A stretch of DNA of 58,579 bases, counting the filler, from Bipalium vagum (lineage: Eukaryota): NCBI GenBank assembly GCA_037834085.1. It is 3 parts of 3 records of this genome, joined end to end, with 100 filler letters (N's around TTAATTAATTAA, not from the genome) between each part and the next. Parts side by side here need not be neighbours in the genome. Positions count along the whole stretch, not along the records: positions 1 to 20,145 come from JBBMKC010259290.1; 2 more parts are not named here. One strand, given 5' to 3'. Shown here piece by piece: positions 1 to 13,000 of the stretch. Both the position numbers and the translations under genes were made by a program. The notes under the pieces are model-generated. The model was not told the origin of the DNA. It worked only from the letters and a program-made list of their open reading frames with translations, and did not search any database. The first letter of the stretch is position 1. Every line of letters starts with the position of its first letter.

Positions 1-564
1 TATCTATCACCAGTTACAGTTTGAGGAGCTCATAATATATTATATTTACAGTGCTTTGTTAACTAAAAAAATAACAGAAAATATTAATTAAAATTTGATT
101 TCAGTTTTTGAAAGTTATTATTCTGATCTAGATCAGAATAAATAATTTATTTCCATTGATGTTATCAATGACAAAAATAATTTCTTTCGGTCTCTATTAA
201 TATTCTCAAAAATGCCAAATCTTTTCATTATTTTATTAGAGCCAATTTTATTATTAATAATAAATAATGATTATTTTGAACGATGATATCACACCTTTTT
301 AGTGACATCTTTTTAAAGGTGAATTTAATTAGTTTTTGTTTTAATTAACAAATTTATTGAAAAATATAGAAGTATAATTTAAAGATATAATTAACAGAAA
401 CAATGGTAATTAATTAATATTTAATTAATTAATACCACTGAAATAAATAAATATTTCTATTATTCATTAAGAATTTATTTAATTTTATTTATTTTTATTT
501 TACATATATTTTGTTCTTTTTATAAAAGAGATTTATTTTATGAGCTTAGAAATTTTTTTTCCAG

Positions 565-670
565 CGAGAGTCTTCAGAGAAACGGGTTGATAATCCTGTA
601 TAACATGTCGGAAGTAACATATAACAGATTCGATTTTGATTTTTGTACTCGAGTGTTAAAACTTTTGAAA
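565..670 (+). CDS. PTPN9: PTPN9-like exon (CRAL-TRIO domain)
   Basis: ttttttccag| ... |gtgaga; encodes ESLQRNGLIILYNMSEVTYNRFDFDFCTRVLKLLK. Confidence 0.88.
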
Positions 671-3600
671 GTGAGAATTTATTTTAATTTTAATTATTTG
701 TTTTAACAAAATGTATATGATTTAAGATTTCTTTTTATTAAGCTTTTCAAGTTCCATTTATTGCTACAAACAAAAGTTGCTATTACAAAATTAAATTAAA
801 TGTTTTTGTGTAGGTTATTTTTAAAAAAATAAATTGAATACAATATATTCATTATATATCAGATGTCACGAAAAGAAACCGATGATTTTGCAAGTAGAAT
901 TTTAATTTCACTTATTTCATATTAAATTAGTAGGTTATAAATAAAATTAGATTTAATTACTATTTGAATATTTAATTGATTATTTGTTTAAATAATATCC
1001 TTGTTGGATAATTTTTAAATATCTAAATATGGATGTAGTTAAGATATTAGATACTACCTACTGTATAAATTTGACCAGGATTCTAGTGGTCAGAACTGGT
1101 CACCTAAGGATAAAAGAAATTTATGGAAAGAATGTGAATTGAATGAGAACAAATGCAAGGTATGGTTCAATCCATTCAGAAATGGTGATAGAAGCCTGAT
1201 AGACTTCTTAAAAACTTGTCAATCAACAATTCTGGATAATGAACCTGTAGGACAGTTGGCTTAATCGGATTCCAGGCAAACCAAAGCACGAATAGATGTT
1301 AGTCTCCACTGTTGTGAAGAGACCGCCTGCGATCATCTGCACCTTATTTGGAAGTCATACAGAGCTGAAATCTATCAAGTCTAAGAGGATTATGATTTCA
1401 AATGCAAATCTAATAAGAAAAACAAAAGAATCACTTTGGAAGACAATTGTCACTTCCGATGAAAAGTGGATTCTATGTGAGCACTCTGATAGTCATAATC
1501 AATGGCTTTCTACAGAACAGATCAATAAATAATAAAGTTTTTTTTGTGTGTGGTGGGGCTGGAGAGGAATTGTATATTGAGAGGTGCTTGATAATGGGAA
1601 AATTGTTTTCCAAATTGCTACTGTCAACAATTAGACCGACTAACTGATATAGTCTTGTAAACTCTCTCAGATTTAGTGCTCCTTCACGATAGCACTATAC
1701 CATTTTCCATATTAATTGATAATAGTAACAAACTAATTGATAAATAAAAATAAAAACGAAATTAAAACAAACAGATAATTTTATAAATAAAGATGATAAA
1801 TCTTTTATTAAATTTCATTAAAAATAATAATAATTTTTCGATAACAATCATTTATTAATATTCAACATCCTCTAATGCATCAGGCAACTTACGTTGAATA
1901 TGAGCTATGCATGAGCAACAAAATCCAGGTATTACAAATTCTACCGCACTTCGAATATATCTTTCCAAAAACTGGATCCGATATTCTTTCACAGTAAGCT
2001 GACCTCTTAGTTCATCATTTAATAATGCCGAAGCATTTTCAGCCAAATTTCGTTTCACTTCAGATTTCATAACAGACCAAATTTGCTCAATCGGATTGAG
2101 CATTGGACTGTATGGTGCTAACCGGAGAACAATATTGCCTTTAAATTCTTCTTCTAATACCACATCTTCAATACGACTATGACAAGGGACATTATCCAAA
2201 ACAATAACCACTGGTCTTCCATATAACAAATATGCCTTTCTAAGGCATATTCTTAACCAGTTACATACATCATCTTAATGGAAAGCCCCACTTCTCCCCG
2301 CACATCAGGCTTGTCCCCTTCTTGAATCCAGCGGTAGGCAGTTGGCTGTGGAACACTTAGCTGGTTAGCTAATTGTCTCTAATTTCCATCCGCAATAAAG
2401 AGATCTAAAATTCGGGTTGCCCATTTATTTATTTTAGTTGCCCATTCATTCTTTTGTTCCTTGGTTCTTCGTACCATGGGCGAAAAATTTATATACTATT
2501 TAAATTTTTTTATTATTATTATCAATTAGTTTGTTACTATTATCAATTAGTTTGTTACTATTATCAAATAGTATGAAAAATGGTATAGACCACAGATTTC
2601 ATAAATTACTCAACAAAAGATCGGTGAGTTTTGCTGTGAAGTGTTGCCTCAATCAGGTTATTATGGCTCTTTTCTAGCCATCAGATTATTATCTTTTTCG
2701 ATCTTTGTAGCACTTCGTAAAAGGTAAAAGGTTTGTTAACAATGAGGTAAATTTGAGTTTGCAATCTGTTTTTGATGAAAAGTCTGCTAAATGTTTTTTG
2801 CCCATTGTATCCAGTCCTTGATGTAAAACTAGCAGATGATAGCCAATAATGATGGTGAATATATAATTAATTAATATTATTTTATATAAAATATTTGTTA
2901 TTTTAAAACTTTATTGGTTTTTGATCCCAGGTTTCTTTTCGGGGCACCTCATAAAATATTATCGACATTATTATTTAATCTTTAACCAGGTCTGATTAAA
3001 TATACCTGCTTATTATTTTTATTGTTGTAAAAAAATATTTCCTTATAATATTTTCTTTTATATTATTATTAATATAATTTATAATTAATAATTTATAATT
3101 AAATTAATAATTTATTAATTTTTGAGATAATTATAAAATCTACCATAAATAAAAAAGATAATTGAGAACATGTAATATCTAAATATAATTTTCAACAGAC
3201 TGACTTCAAATCAATTAAAAAAGTATAAAATTAATATTTATTTTTATAATTGTATTTTTTTATTAATAAAAAAATTTCGTTTTTGATTGATTTCCGTTAT
3301 ATATTGTAATTGTTCATTTAACCTGTTTCGATTTTTCTGATAAATTATGTCTATCATATTTTTCTTGAAATCAATTTTTTCTTTTTTAAGCTAAGTTAGT
3401 GTAAAACTAAATTTTCTTTATAATTTAACTATGCTTATTAAATATTGAATCTGGAAGTTCGTTCGTTTTTATGATGAAAATTAAACGTAATCTTTAAAGC
3501 ACTCAGATAAATTAAATAACCAATATATGTATTATTATGTTTTATGATCTGTCTCTATCAACTGGGAAATTTCATGATAATATCAGTAAAGAATTATGCT

Positions 3601-6600
3601 GTTTGTTACCGAATATCTCTTTCAGATCATTTTTTATATCTTCTAAAGACTAAAATTCTTTTCCATCTAAATTATTATGTAAAAAACTAAAAAGATTTTT
3701 GATTTATTATTATTATTATTATTGTTATTATTATTATTATAGAAATATGTTATTACTCATGAAAACAATAATCTTGGAGAACATTTATATTTTTATAGAA
3801 GGGATATTTCAATATATAATCAGGTAATTGTAATCACACCTTTTCCCTTTGGTTATGAATACCTTTTTTCCATATTTTAAAACAATTAATTTGCAATCCC
3901 ATTACGTGATTTTTTTAACAAATTCTTTTATAGTAAAAAATACTCCCAAAAGTAATCAAATTGATAGTCCAATTTCTCAAATGGAAAATGTCACAAAAGA
4001 TTCTATTCTTAATAAGTATTTTAAGTTGAAAATTATAAAAAAGTTACATTGAATTTGATATTTTCCACCCAGTTAAAGGCTTTTACTAAACTATATAAAT
4101 TATTGATTAAGTGTAGCGTTTTTTTGTTGACTTACATAAATGGTCGAATTTGAAATTCCTTTTGCTCCATTTTCAGGTATAACATGTAATCAGATCAATT
4201 ATATAATACAATCAGATAAAGTTTCACAGAATTCCAATTCTTAATAAAATAACCTTTTTGGTTCATAAAATCACAAATCTTCTCGGTAGTTTATATTCAA
4301 TTATTGTCACTCGTTGATTAAAAATTTTGGGAATTCATCTTTGCTTAGTCATTTGAATGAATTTTTGCGATTGTCGAAAGAGAGTCATTTTTCTTTAAAA
4401 CTAACAATTCTATCAAGAAAATGGTTCAAAAATGATTTAAATTTAAAATAATTCATCTTGTGTTCTTTCGTTGAAACATTAAGTGCTGACCTGCTCAGTT
4501 TTTGGGTTTTAGATGCGTGGTGTGGATAAAAAAGTCTTTAGACTCGTACAGAAATAAATTTATGAAGTCCATGAAATTATTAATTTATTTATTATCCAAT
4601 GGATGAAGAGATCTATATTTTGTATGATAGCACACCAGTTTACACAGCTCATTAAATTTATAAATAAATTATAAATTTATAAATTAAATGATGTCAAGCT
4701 GACGATCAATAAATGCATTTGATTTCTTTGACAAAAGGTCAAAATTAGAATACAAGATGGTGTTCGAGATAAATCAGAATTATTTTCAATGGTGTATTAA
4801 ATAAAGTCTTTTTATAAAATATATCTAACCACCATTTGTTTAACCAAGCTAATTTTTTAATAATATTTATTATAGAAAGATAAATTTTATAATTTTAAAT
4901 ATTACTTCAGACTACGATAGAATGCCATCAGTGCTAGAATAACTTGCATCGGAAAAATATAAAAATTAATAATTGTTTTGGTTAGAACAAGATAACTGTT
5001 TACAATATTGCTGAATGGTTTAAGAAGAATAATGATAAAGATAATCTAAATGTAAAAAGAAAAATCCACATCAAAGAATCTGACTCAAAAAGAACTTCAA
5101 ATTTTAAAGCCGATTCAAAAGAAAAGATTGAACCTAATGACTCCAAAATTAAAATTTCTAGTAAAGGAAATGTATCTGGCCGTCAATGGTTAATGGAGTA
5201 ATAAGGTAGGATATATGTTGCAAATCTTATGTTCTCTGACGAAGATATATGAAAAAAAAACCTTAAACGTAAGACACATGCTTTAGTTTATAATATGAAG
5301 CATGATAGAAATGAGTTTTTAATGTTCTCAGATGAGAAATACTTCGTATAAGATAGAATAGTTAATCGGCAAAATGACAACTACCATTGTTCTTCAGGTT
5401 TTCTGACAATGATGTATTCTAAGTTTCCAGCATCTATCAAGGCGTTAGCTATCATGTCTTTTGAAGGTGACTTCATGTGACCTCTTTTTTTCGGGAAAGC
5501 TCTGCAGTCAACGCAGATATATATATGTCAATATACTGGATTGAAAATGTAATCGGTGGGAGAAAGTCTCGAGATTGTTCATAAAGTAACGAAAATTTAG
5601 ATATAGATTTTTGAAAATCTAATCAACCATTGGTCACCTGATTTGTGACCTCCATCCAATTCTGACTTCAGTTCCTTTGGTTATTATTTATGCGCTTTAA
5701 TTGAGACAGGTCAACGGAAAAACTTACAACACAATGAAGTCTGTCAAAAAGGTAATCGAGCATTTGAATTTGGAAGGGTTAAAATGAGCATGTAGTAAGT
5801 TTCGGTCAAAACTAGGTTGTGGAAGCTAATCGAAATTATATTTACCAAATTTATCGTGGATATTTTCATATTTCCTCTTATCAATTTAATTTAAACACAC
5901 TTACTAGATCGTTTTATTGTCATTGTTTTTATTTTAATCGTATTGTATTGGTATTTAATCTTTAATCTAAAAGATAAAATAACAAATAAATCTTAAATAA
6001 ACCCTTTAATTAAATTATACGAGGATTGACATAAGTAAATAGACACATATAAAGCCTCTAAAACTTTTGTTTTTTTTCAAATTGTATCACCAAATAAGGC
6101 CGCATTATCATTTCATATTGATCACCGTCATTCGTCTGTTAAATCGATTATAGGTATATATATATTTTAAAAATTAACCTATTAATGACAATAATTTTAT
6201 ATAAATCTTAATTCAGAAAAAGTTTTCACATAAATTTTTTATTTTATGACTTTTATTTGATATAAAAATATTTTTTATTTATTTTTATTATGTAAATCTT
6301 TCACATTTAGTGCAAACTAATTTATTAAAGAATTATTATTAAAAAAATATTAATAATAATTACTTAGTTTTTTAATTGAAAATACCAAGAATGTCAATTT
6401 AACATTTTACTTATTAATAAAGGATATTATTAGATTGATAATAAAATTATTTTATAAATATATTCATGTAAAACAAATGTAATATAACAATTTATTTTAT
6501 TTTTCTAATAATTTTTATTTATTATATATAATAATAATATTTAATATTAATAAATAATAAATAATTCTTGAAAATTAAAATTTTACTATTTTTTTGTTAT

Positions 6601-6945
6601 TAAAATTAATTAACTTTTATCCAATAGAAGTATAAAAAACTCAAAAATGGACATTTAATTAGAAAACATAAAGTTAACATTTTGATGAAATAAATTAATA
6701 GTAGGTTATTTTATTAAAAAAGTAAATGATATGATAAAATTTAAATTAGAATTAATGTAAAAAAAATAAAATAATTTTTATTTGTTCTAACTAACGATTT
6801 TAAACTAAACGATTTTTAACGGTAGTAAAACTAACAGTAATTTTTTAAAAATTAAAAAATTTTATTAATGAAAATTTTGTTTTTGGAATATTAATAGTAT
6901 TAATTTAAATAAAAGTTTTAGAATTAGAATTTATTTTTCTAGAAA

Positions 6946-7009
<64 letters not shown>

Positions 7010-10000
7010 TTATTGTTATTATATTATTAGTTAATGAGAATCGTTATTTATAAATAATCCCCAGACAAGAATCCTATGTTTTGATCCACTATTGTAAGGG
7101 AAATTTTCATAAAAATTATTGAACATTTTTTATAAAATTGTCAATTTAAAATTGTAATCTATTTTTAGAAGCTCTTGTCTGTGGATAAGTTTATTTAACC
7201 AGGAATTTTCTCTCAATCTATTGATCTGGGGAACTTTTATTAATCAAGTCAAATGTTTTAAATCGATTATTTTCCACGTCTTAAATGATTTTATTTTCCT
7301 TTACTTATTTTAATGTTTTTTCCATTTTAATAATTATTTTTTCATGTGATATTCAACCTGTTTAATAAATAAATCCGAGGAATAATTATGTATATTTTTA
7401 TACCACTAATTATGATATTAACGATAATACTATTAGTAATAATAATATTATTATTATTATTAATAGTTAAACAAAAAATAATAAATACAATATTAATATT
7501 AAAATCAACTCCAAACAAAATATCGAACAAATATGAATCGAAAGTTATGATGTTGTCTGGGGAAATTGGATAGGGATTGCCTCTAATGAAGAGCAAAATC
7601 ATCTGAAAGAATAACTGGTGAACGTTATCGATTGTAATTAATTTATTTGAGGTATGTTCTGACCGAGAGAAAAAATGATGTTTATTTTAGAATACAATAA
7701 TGCTTGGCCAAACACTTATTTAATGGTCAACAAACAAACAAAAACATAACTCCTATTTTTAAATTAAGATATTACAATTTATTAAAAGGTTGGTATAATC
7801 AGAAAGAGATTATCGCTTTTTCCACCAGAAAGAAATACTGTGGAAAGGCTACAATCAAGAACAATATAAACAAAATTTTTCTTTAATAATCTGGTGTTTC
7901 TTGATGAAACTGGCCTTAATGGACATGCTAAACGGACTTTTGGATATTCATCTATAAATCAAAAGGCTTTCATTTATGTTTCAGCTAACAGAAGTGTCAA
8001 TATGTGTCTTATATGTGGAATAGGTACTGGAAGAGTGATTACATGTGAATAAAAAATCCACACCTATAATCCTGAGGCCTTTATTGGATTCATAAGATTA
8101 AAATTAATGATGATAATTTTAAATGATGGATAGCACAGCATTCCATAAGTCAAGCATTACAAAGTAAGAACAGAAAAATATTGTAGCAAAATTTCTTACT
8201 CTGTACTCGCCTAAGCTGAATCCTTTTTGATGATTTTTTCAGTATGATAAAATCAAAGTTCCATGGATTCAAACATGAAAATCAAATATGAAAATTGAAG
8301 ATTATCTAGACACGCAATACTTGTAAATGACTTCGCTATTTCATGTAATGGATTTTACAGGAAACTGACCACATGGTTAGAAAAGGCAATATAGCAAGAA
8401 CAATTTACTTAATCAATTTTCAGATTCTGTAAATCACGTTTCAATTTGTGTTCTTCTTTTATAATTTTCTTAGAATTTTATATTGTTGTGTCTTCAAAGT
8501 TGACTACAAAGTATATATTTGATCTGAGTAACCCTTTATTTTAAAATATTGTTTTTTCTTATTTGTAATAAAAATTGACCAGTTTAAACAAAATATATTT
8601 TAATATCTTCAAATTACAGATTTGTTCTAAGCGAATTTCCACCATTGCACACAAAAATGTAAAATGTATATAATTTTTATGTAATGATATCTTTTCATCT
8701 TTCAGTACAAGCCCGTTAGTTGTGTAACAGACACTGATAATGTTGATAAATTGAAAATTAGTTAACATATAAATAAAATCTTGGGAGATAAATATTATTT
8801 TATTTATTTTTATATAGTATTTCTTTAGGGAAAATATCCAGCACGGTTGAAATGTGTTTTAATTCTCTCGGCTCCTATCTGGTTTCGAGCTCCATATAAT
8901 GTTTTAAAATTATTTGTTAGTGAAAAAATGAGAAAAAGAGTAATTTTTTTATTGATATTTTTATCAAATTATTTTTCTTTTCAGATCTTTTTCGTCAATA
9001 GTGTCAGTCTTCGAGATCATATTCCTGAAGAAATGATTCAAGCAATATTAGGAGAAAAATATCTTGTTTTCCATGAAATGTGGCTGAAACATTGTTTAAA
9101 GGTTCAGAAATTCGAAGATAAAATTCCAGAAAACTATTTTACTTGTCCTATTCCTCAAACAAAGTCAACGCCGTGGCAATGTCGATTAACAAGAAGAACA
9201 AGTCTTCAAAGTAGTTCAACTTATCGTTCCATCTCCCCAAACCCCGTCCGTTCACGATGGTACACATCTATCAGTCATCGAGGTTCTAAAGAAGTTATTT
9301 CTGATCAAAGGCGTACAAGTGATCCTCAAGCCAATACTTTAAAGGAAAGAGACGATCTTGGAAAACAGTCTGATGAAAATAATGACTTAAACAAATACTC
9401 AGCCTTTCAGCCATCGCAACCCGGAATGAGTTTGAATGAATTTAAAGAGTTTATGTATTCACTATCAAGCTATGAAATCCTTGCCCGACAATACCTGCTT
9501 GAATTTAGCTATTCTGAAGATAAGAGTCAACATTTTGAATTCAGGTTGAAATTAATTATATTAAACTTGTATGTACATATTGTTCATACCGCTTTATATC
9601 TTTTCATTTCACCTGATTAAAAATATTTAATGTTTGATTTAAATTTTATCTTGTTTTAAAAAATAGCGGTATGTCTATCAAAATATTTGCAGCTTCAACA
9701 ATTGGAACATTTTCTGTTAGTCAATGAATTCTGCGGGAGAAGTCTTGATCCTTTGAATTAATTCACTGATTGATACCATTTTTGATGTTTTGGTAAGAAG
9801 AGAAGCATTGCTCAACAAAAGCAAGCTGCATTGATCGAAAAAAAATGAAGCGAAATTGCGAAATATATGTTGAGTACTCCAGGTTGGGTAAGATGCCCCA
9901 AATAAGTGTTTTAATGTTTCCTTACTTTCATTGCAATATGTGGTCTGATTTTTTATGTCTTTTGGTATCTTTTCTTGAACTGATTGATTATTTTTTTCTG

Positions 10001-13000
10001 ATCTTGGTTACCATTAAGAGTTTCCAATTGTTTTAACATCTCACGCGTATTAACATCAAATCGCGTATTAACGGGTGATAAGTAGAAATCTAGATTAATT
10101 TCAAATGCAAAATTTATAAGTATTTTTTTAGAGAAAGGTTTTATAAACATATTTTATCGTTCCTATTTTATAATACAATGTGTTTTAATAAACTATTTTA
10201 CAACAAAAAATTGCGTCAAAACAACATACACATATGCTTCGAGAGCGTGTTGTAAATCTTTATGAAATCAATAAATTAATGGGGAAAAAGTGCCTGGAAA
10301 TAACAGATTTATTCCGACAGGTCTGCTAGATCTCCATCATTTCTAAATACAAGTTATAGAAAAAATATGAAAAGAAGCTTATGGTGTACATTGTCAACTC
10401 AGAGAAAGATGTTTCAAAGCCATGGTTGAAGGTTAGACGTTTGGCAATCAATCAGAAAATATTTCAGAAGGAATATCTGTCCAAGATTTTAATTATCTTT
10501 CTTAAAGGTCATCATTCTGATTGCAACTTCGTCTTCTGGTCTGTCAAAGAATTTTCAAATTACGATAAAAACACCCAAGAAATTTTTAAAGCAAAAGAGA
10601 TACCTTTTATGTTTAAGAATCACAATCCTAAAAATCTTCCACAATTCTTTCTATCTTCTTTTCTTAGTTCTTTGGCATTCTAAAATCTCTTGCATATAAA
10701 AATAACTGGAGGGAGACCCATAAAATTAAATTTTGTTGATAAGAATGTTAAGATGCCTTTAATATTTAGTCCGGATACATATGAATACGTCCCACTTAGT
10801 TTTACTTTATTTTTGTTTGTTTTTCTTTGCATTGGTGGTGATTATAATTTACTCTAAATTTTTCAGTATTTTTTTTCTATTTTAGTATCTTGGTAATACA
10901 CCTGATTTTAATCACCGTATGCAATTCAATGAAAAAATAAAACCTTGTAGGAAATATTTGACGAAGTGTTTTAATTTTTTCCGAACTTCCTGTGAATTTA
11001 TATGGTAATCATTTCCTTTGAAATTGGACCATTTCTAATGCGTGCAAACATTTAAAAACAGTGGTCCTGTAAACATTCAATGTTCGTTCCATTTCTTGAT
11101 GTGTTTGATCTGGGTTTTCTTTGATATATGATTTTAACTTGTCATCGTCAATCTTCTTTATTGTTCTGAATGTTCTTTACTTTATAAATCTAAATAATCA
11201 AACTTAAATCAATGAAACCATTACATATTTAAAAATATTCCGATTAAAGGCACAATTTACTCATTTCTTTTTTTCTTTTTAGAGTTCATAATTAGTTTTC
11301 AAAGTTTATAGTAAATTTCAGCACCTATTTTAACTAACCACAAATTTTCCTAATCATAATCGAGAAAAAGCACTGCGATTTTAATTATTTAAATTTTTTT
11401 TATTTTAAAAGACATTAGATATGATAGTAGACATTGTTGCTCTTGAAACATGTATCAATGTAACTGTTATCAAAATAGATGCCCCACCTAAGCAACTACA
11501 AAAAACGTATCTTCTTTTGCAATGTGAGGTAACGAATGAAGTCTGGTGAGGCAAAATTAAATATTTTTCATTGATCTTCAAAAAAATCTAAAAACATCCA
11601 AATTGACACATTAAAATGTGTAATTTTAAATTAAATATGATTTTCACATTTTTTTGTCGAACCCCTATATATACAATGATATGAAGTCTGGTTTTTTATT
11701 CTTAAATTTTACGTAGATAGATCACTGTTTTCGGTATTATATTTTAAGATTAAAATTTTTAAAATGTTATATAAATTTAATTTAAAGATGATATTAGCTA
11801 GTTTCACTAATTATCGTTGGTTTTTAATTTTTTTTAAAGAATAAATTTAAATAAAGTCCATATATGAGGGATACAAATAAATAATGCGGGTTTATTTAAT
11901 ATAGATTTAGTGAGATATCGAAATATAATTGTGGATTGAAATATAAATCAATTTGCTTGAATAATATCTAATTAATAGGGTAATTATTTAAATTTTCATA
12001 ATATGTTATTAATTTCAAAATTTTTATATCTAAATATGTCAAAATTTACGCCAAGCAAAGAACACTTTCGGGAAGTTCTCATTCATTACTTCATGATGAA
12101 CAAAACCGCCGCAGAAAGCTGCAGGATATTATGTAATGTTTATGGAAAACATGTAGCATTTCATGACAGCGTTGGTTTCACCGCTTATGAAGTAATGATT
12201 TCAGTAAAGAATGCCCAGGCCGTCCTTCCATGAAAGAAAGTCTTTCTTCCATCAGTGGATCTGTTTTGAAAATCTCAAAGCATGGGTTAACCCAGATCAC
12301 CATTAAGACTAACTGCAAGACCAGACAGCTTCGGAAAGAAAACATGCTCTGCGTCTGATGGGATCAGCAAGGCGTGGTGAGGTTAAACTCCCATTCAAAT
12401 TCTGCTTTCACATTCTTCACGAAAATCGAAGTATGGGGTCGAGCATTATCAAATTGTAACAACACCGTCACATGTCTATTGGAATAGTCTAATCGTTTTT
12501 CACTCAGTGCTTGCTCCAATGTTATTACTTGCTGTTGGTAACTCCATTTCTTTCTCGTTTGTTCAATAGCTGAAAATAAATAATATATCTTTGATTCCAA
12601 AAAATAGATAGCAAAAAGAAAAATTGAAATTTTCATTGGTATTTTTCTATATATTTTTAAACTTCTTTGATCGTAAATACTTTATGAAAGACATCAAAAT
12701 AAAATCTAAATATATTTAGGAAAATGTTAATAATTCTGGTAATATAAAATATTTTTTAAAATTTCTCTATATCTTTCATATTATTGGACAAAAAGCAACT
12801 GAAATGATAATAAAATATTTTTATTTATCATAAAACATAATTAAGTAATAAACAGAAGGAGAGCTGATAAGATAATATTTTTTTCATTATATGTCAACTT
12901 TCGATGATAACGTTATGAATAACAATACTTTTATATGTTTAACATTGCAATTATTATTACAGTAATTAATATTTATCAATACATTGTTGTGGTCTTCTCT

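Noticed and set aside
7342-7602. Hydrophobic Ile/Leu-rich ORFs on both strands that look like membrane peptides
   Set aside because: Low-complexity ATT/AAT-rich intron sequence; the same applies to ORFs near 15318-15662, 16941 and 49210
8847-9620. 257-aa ORF as a stand-alone gene
   Set aside because: It is two PTPN9-like exons plus a read-through 45-nt intron and intronic tail
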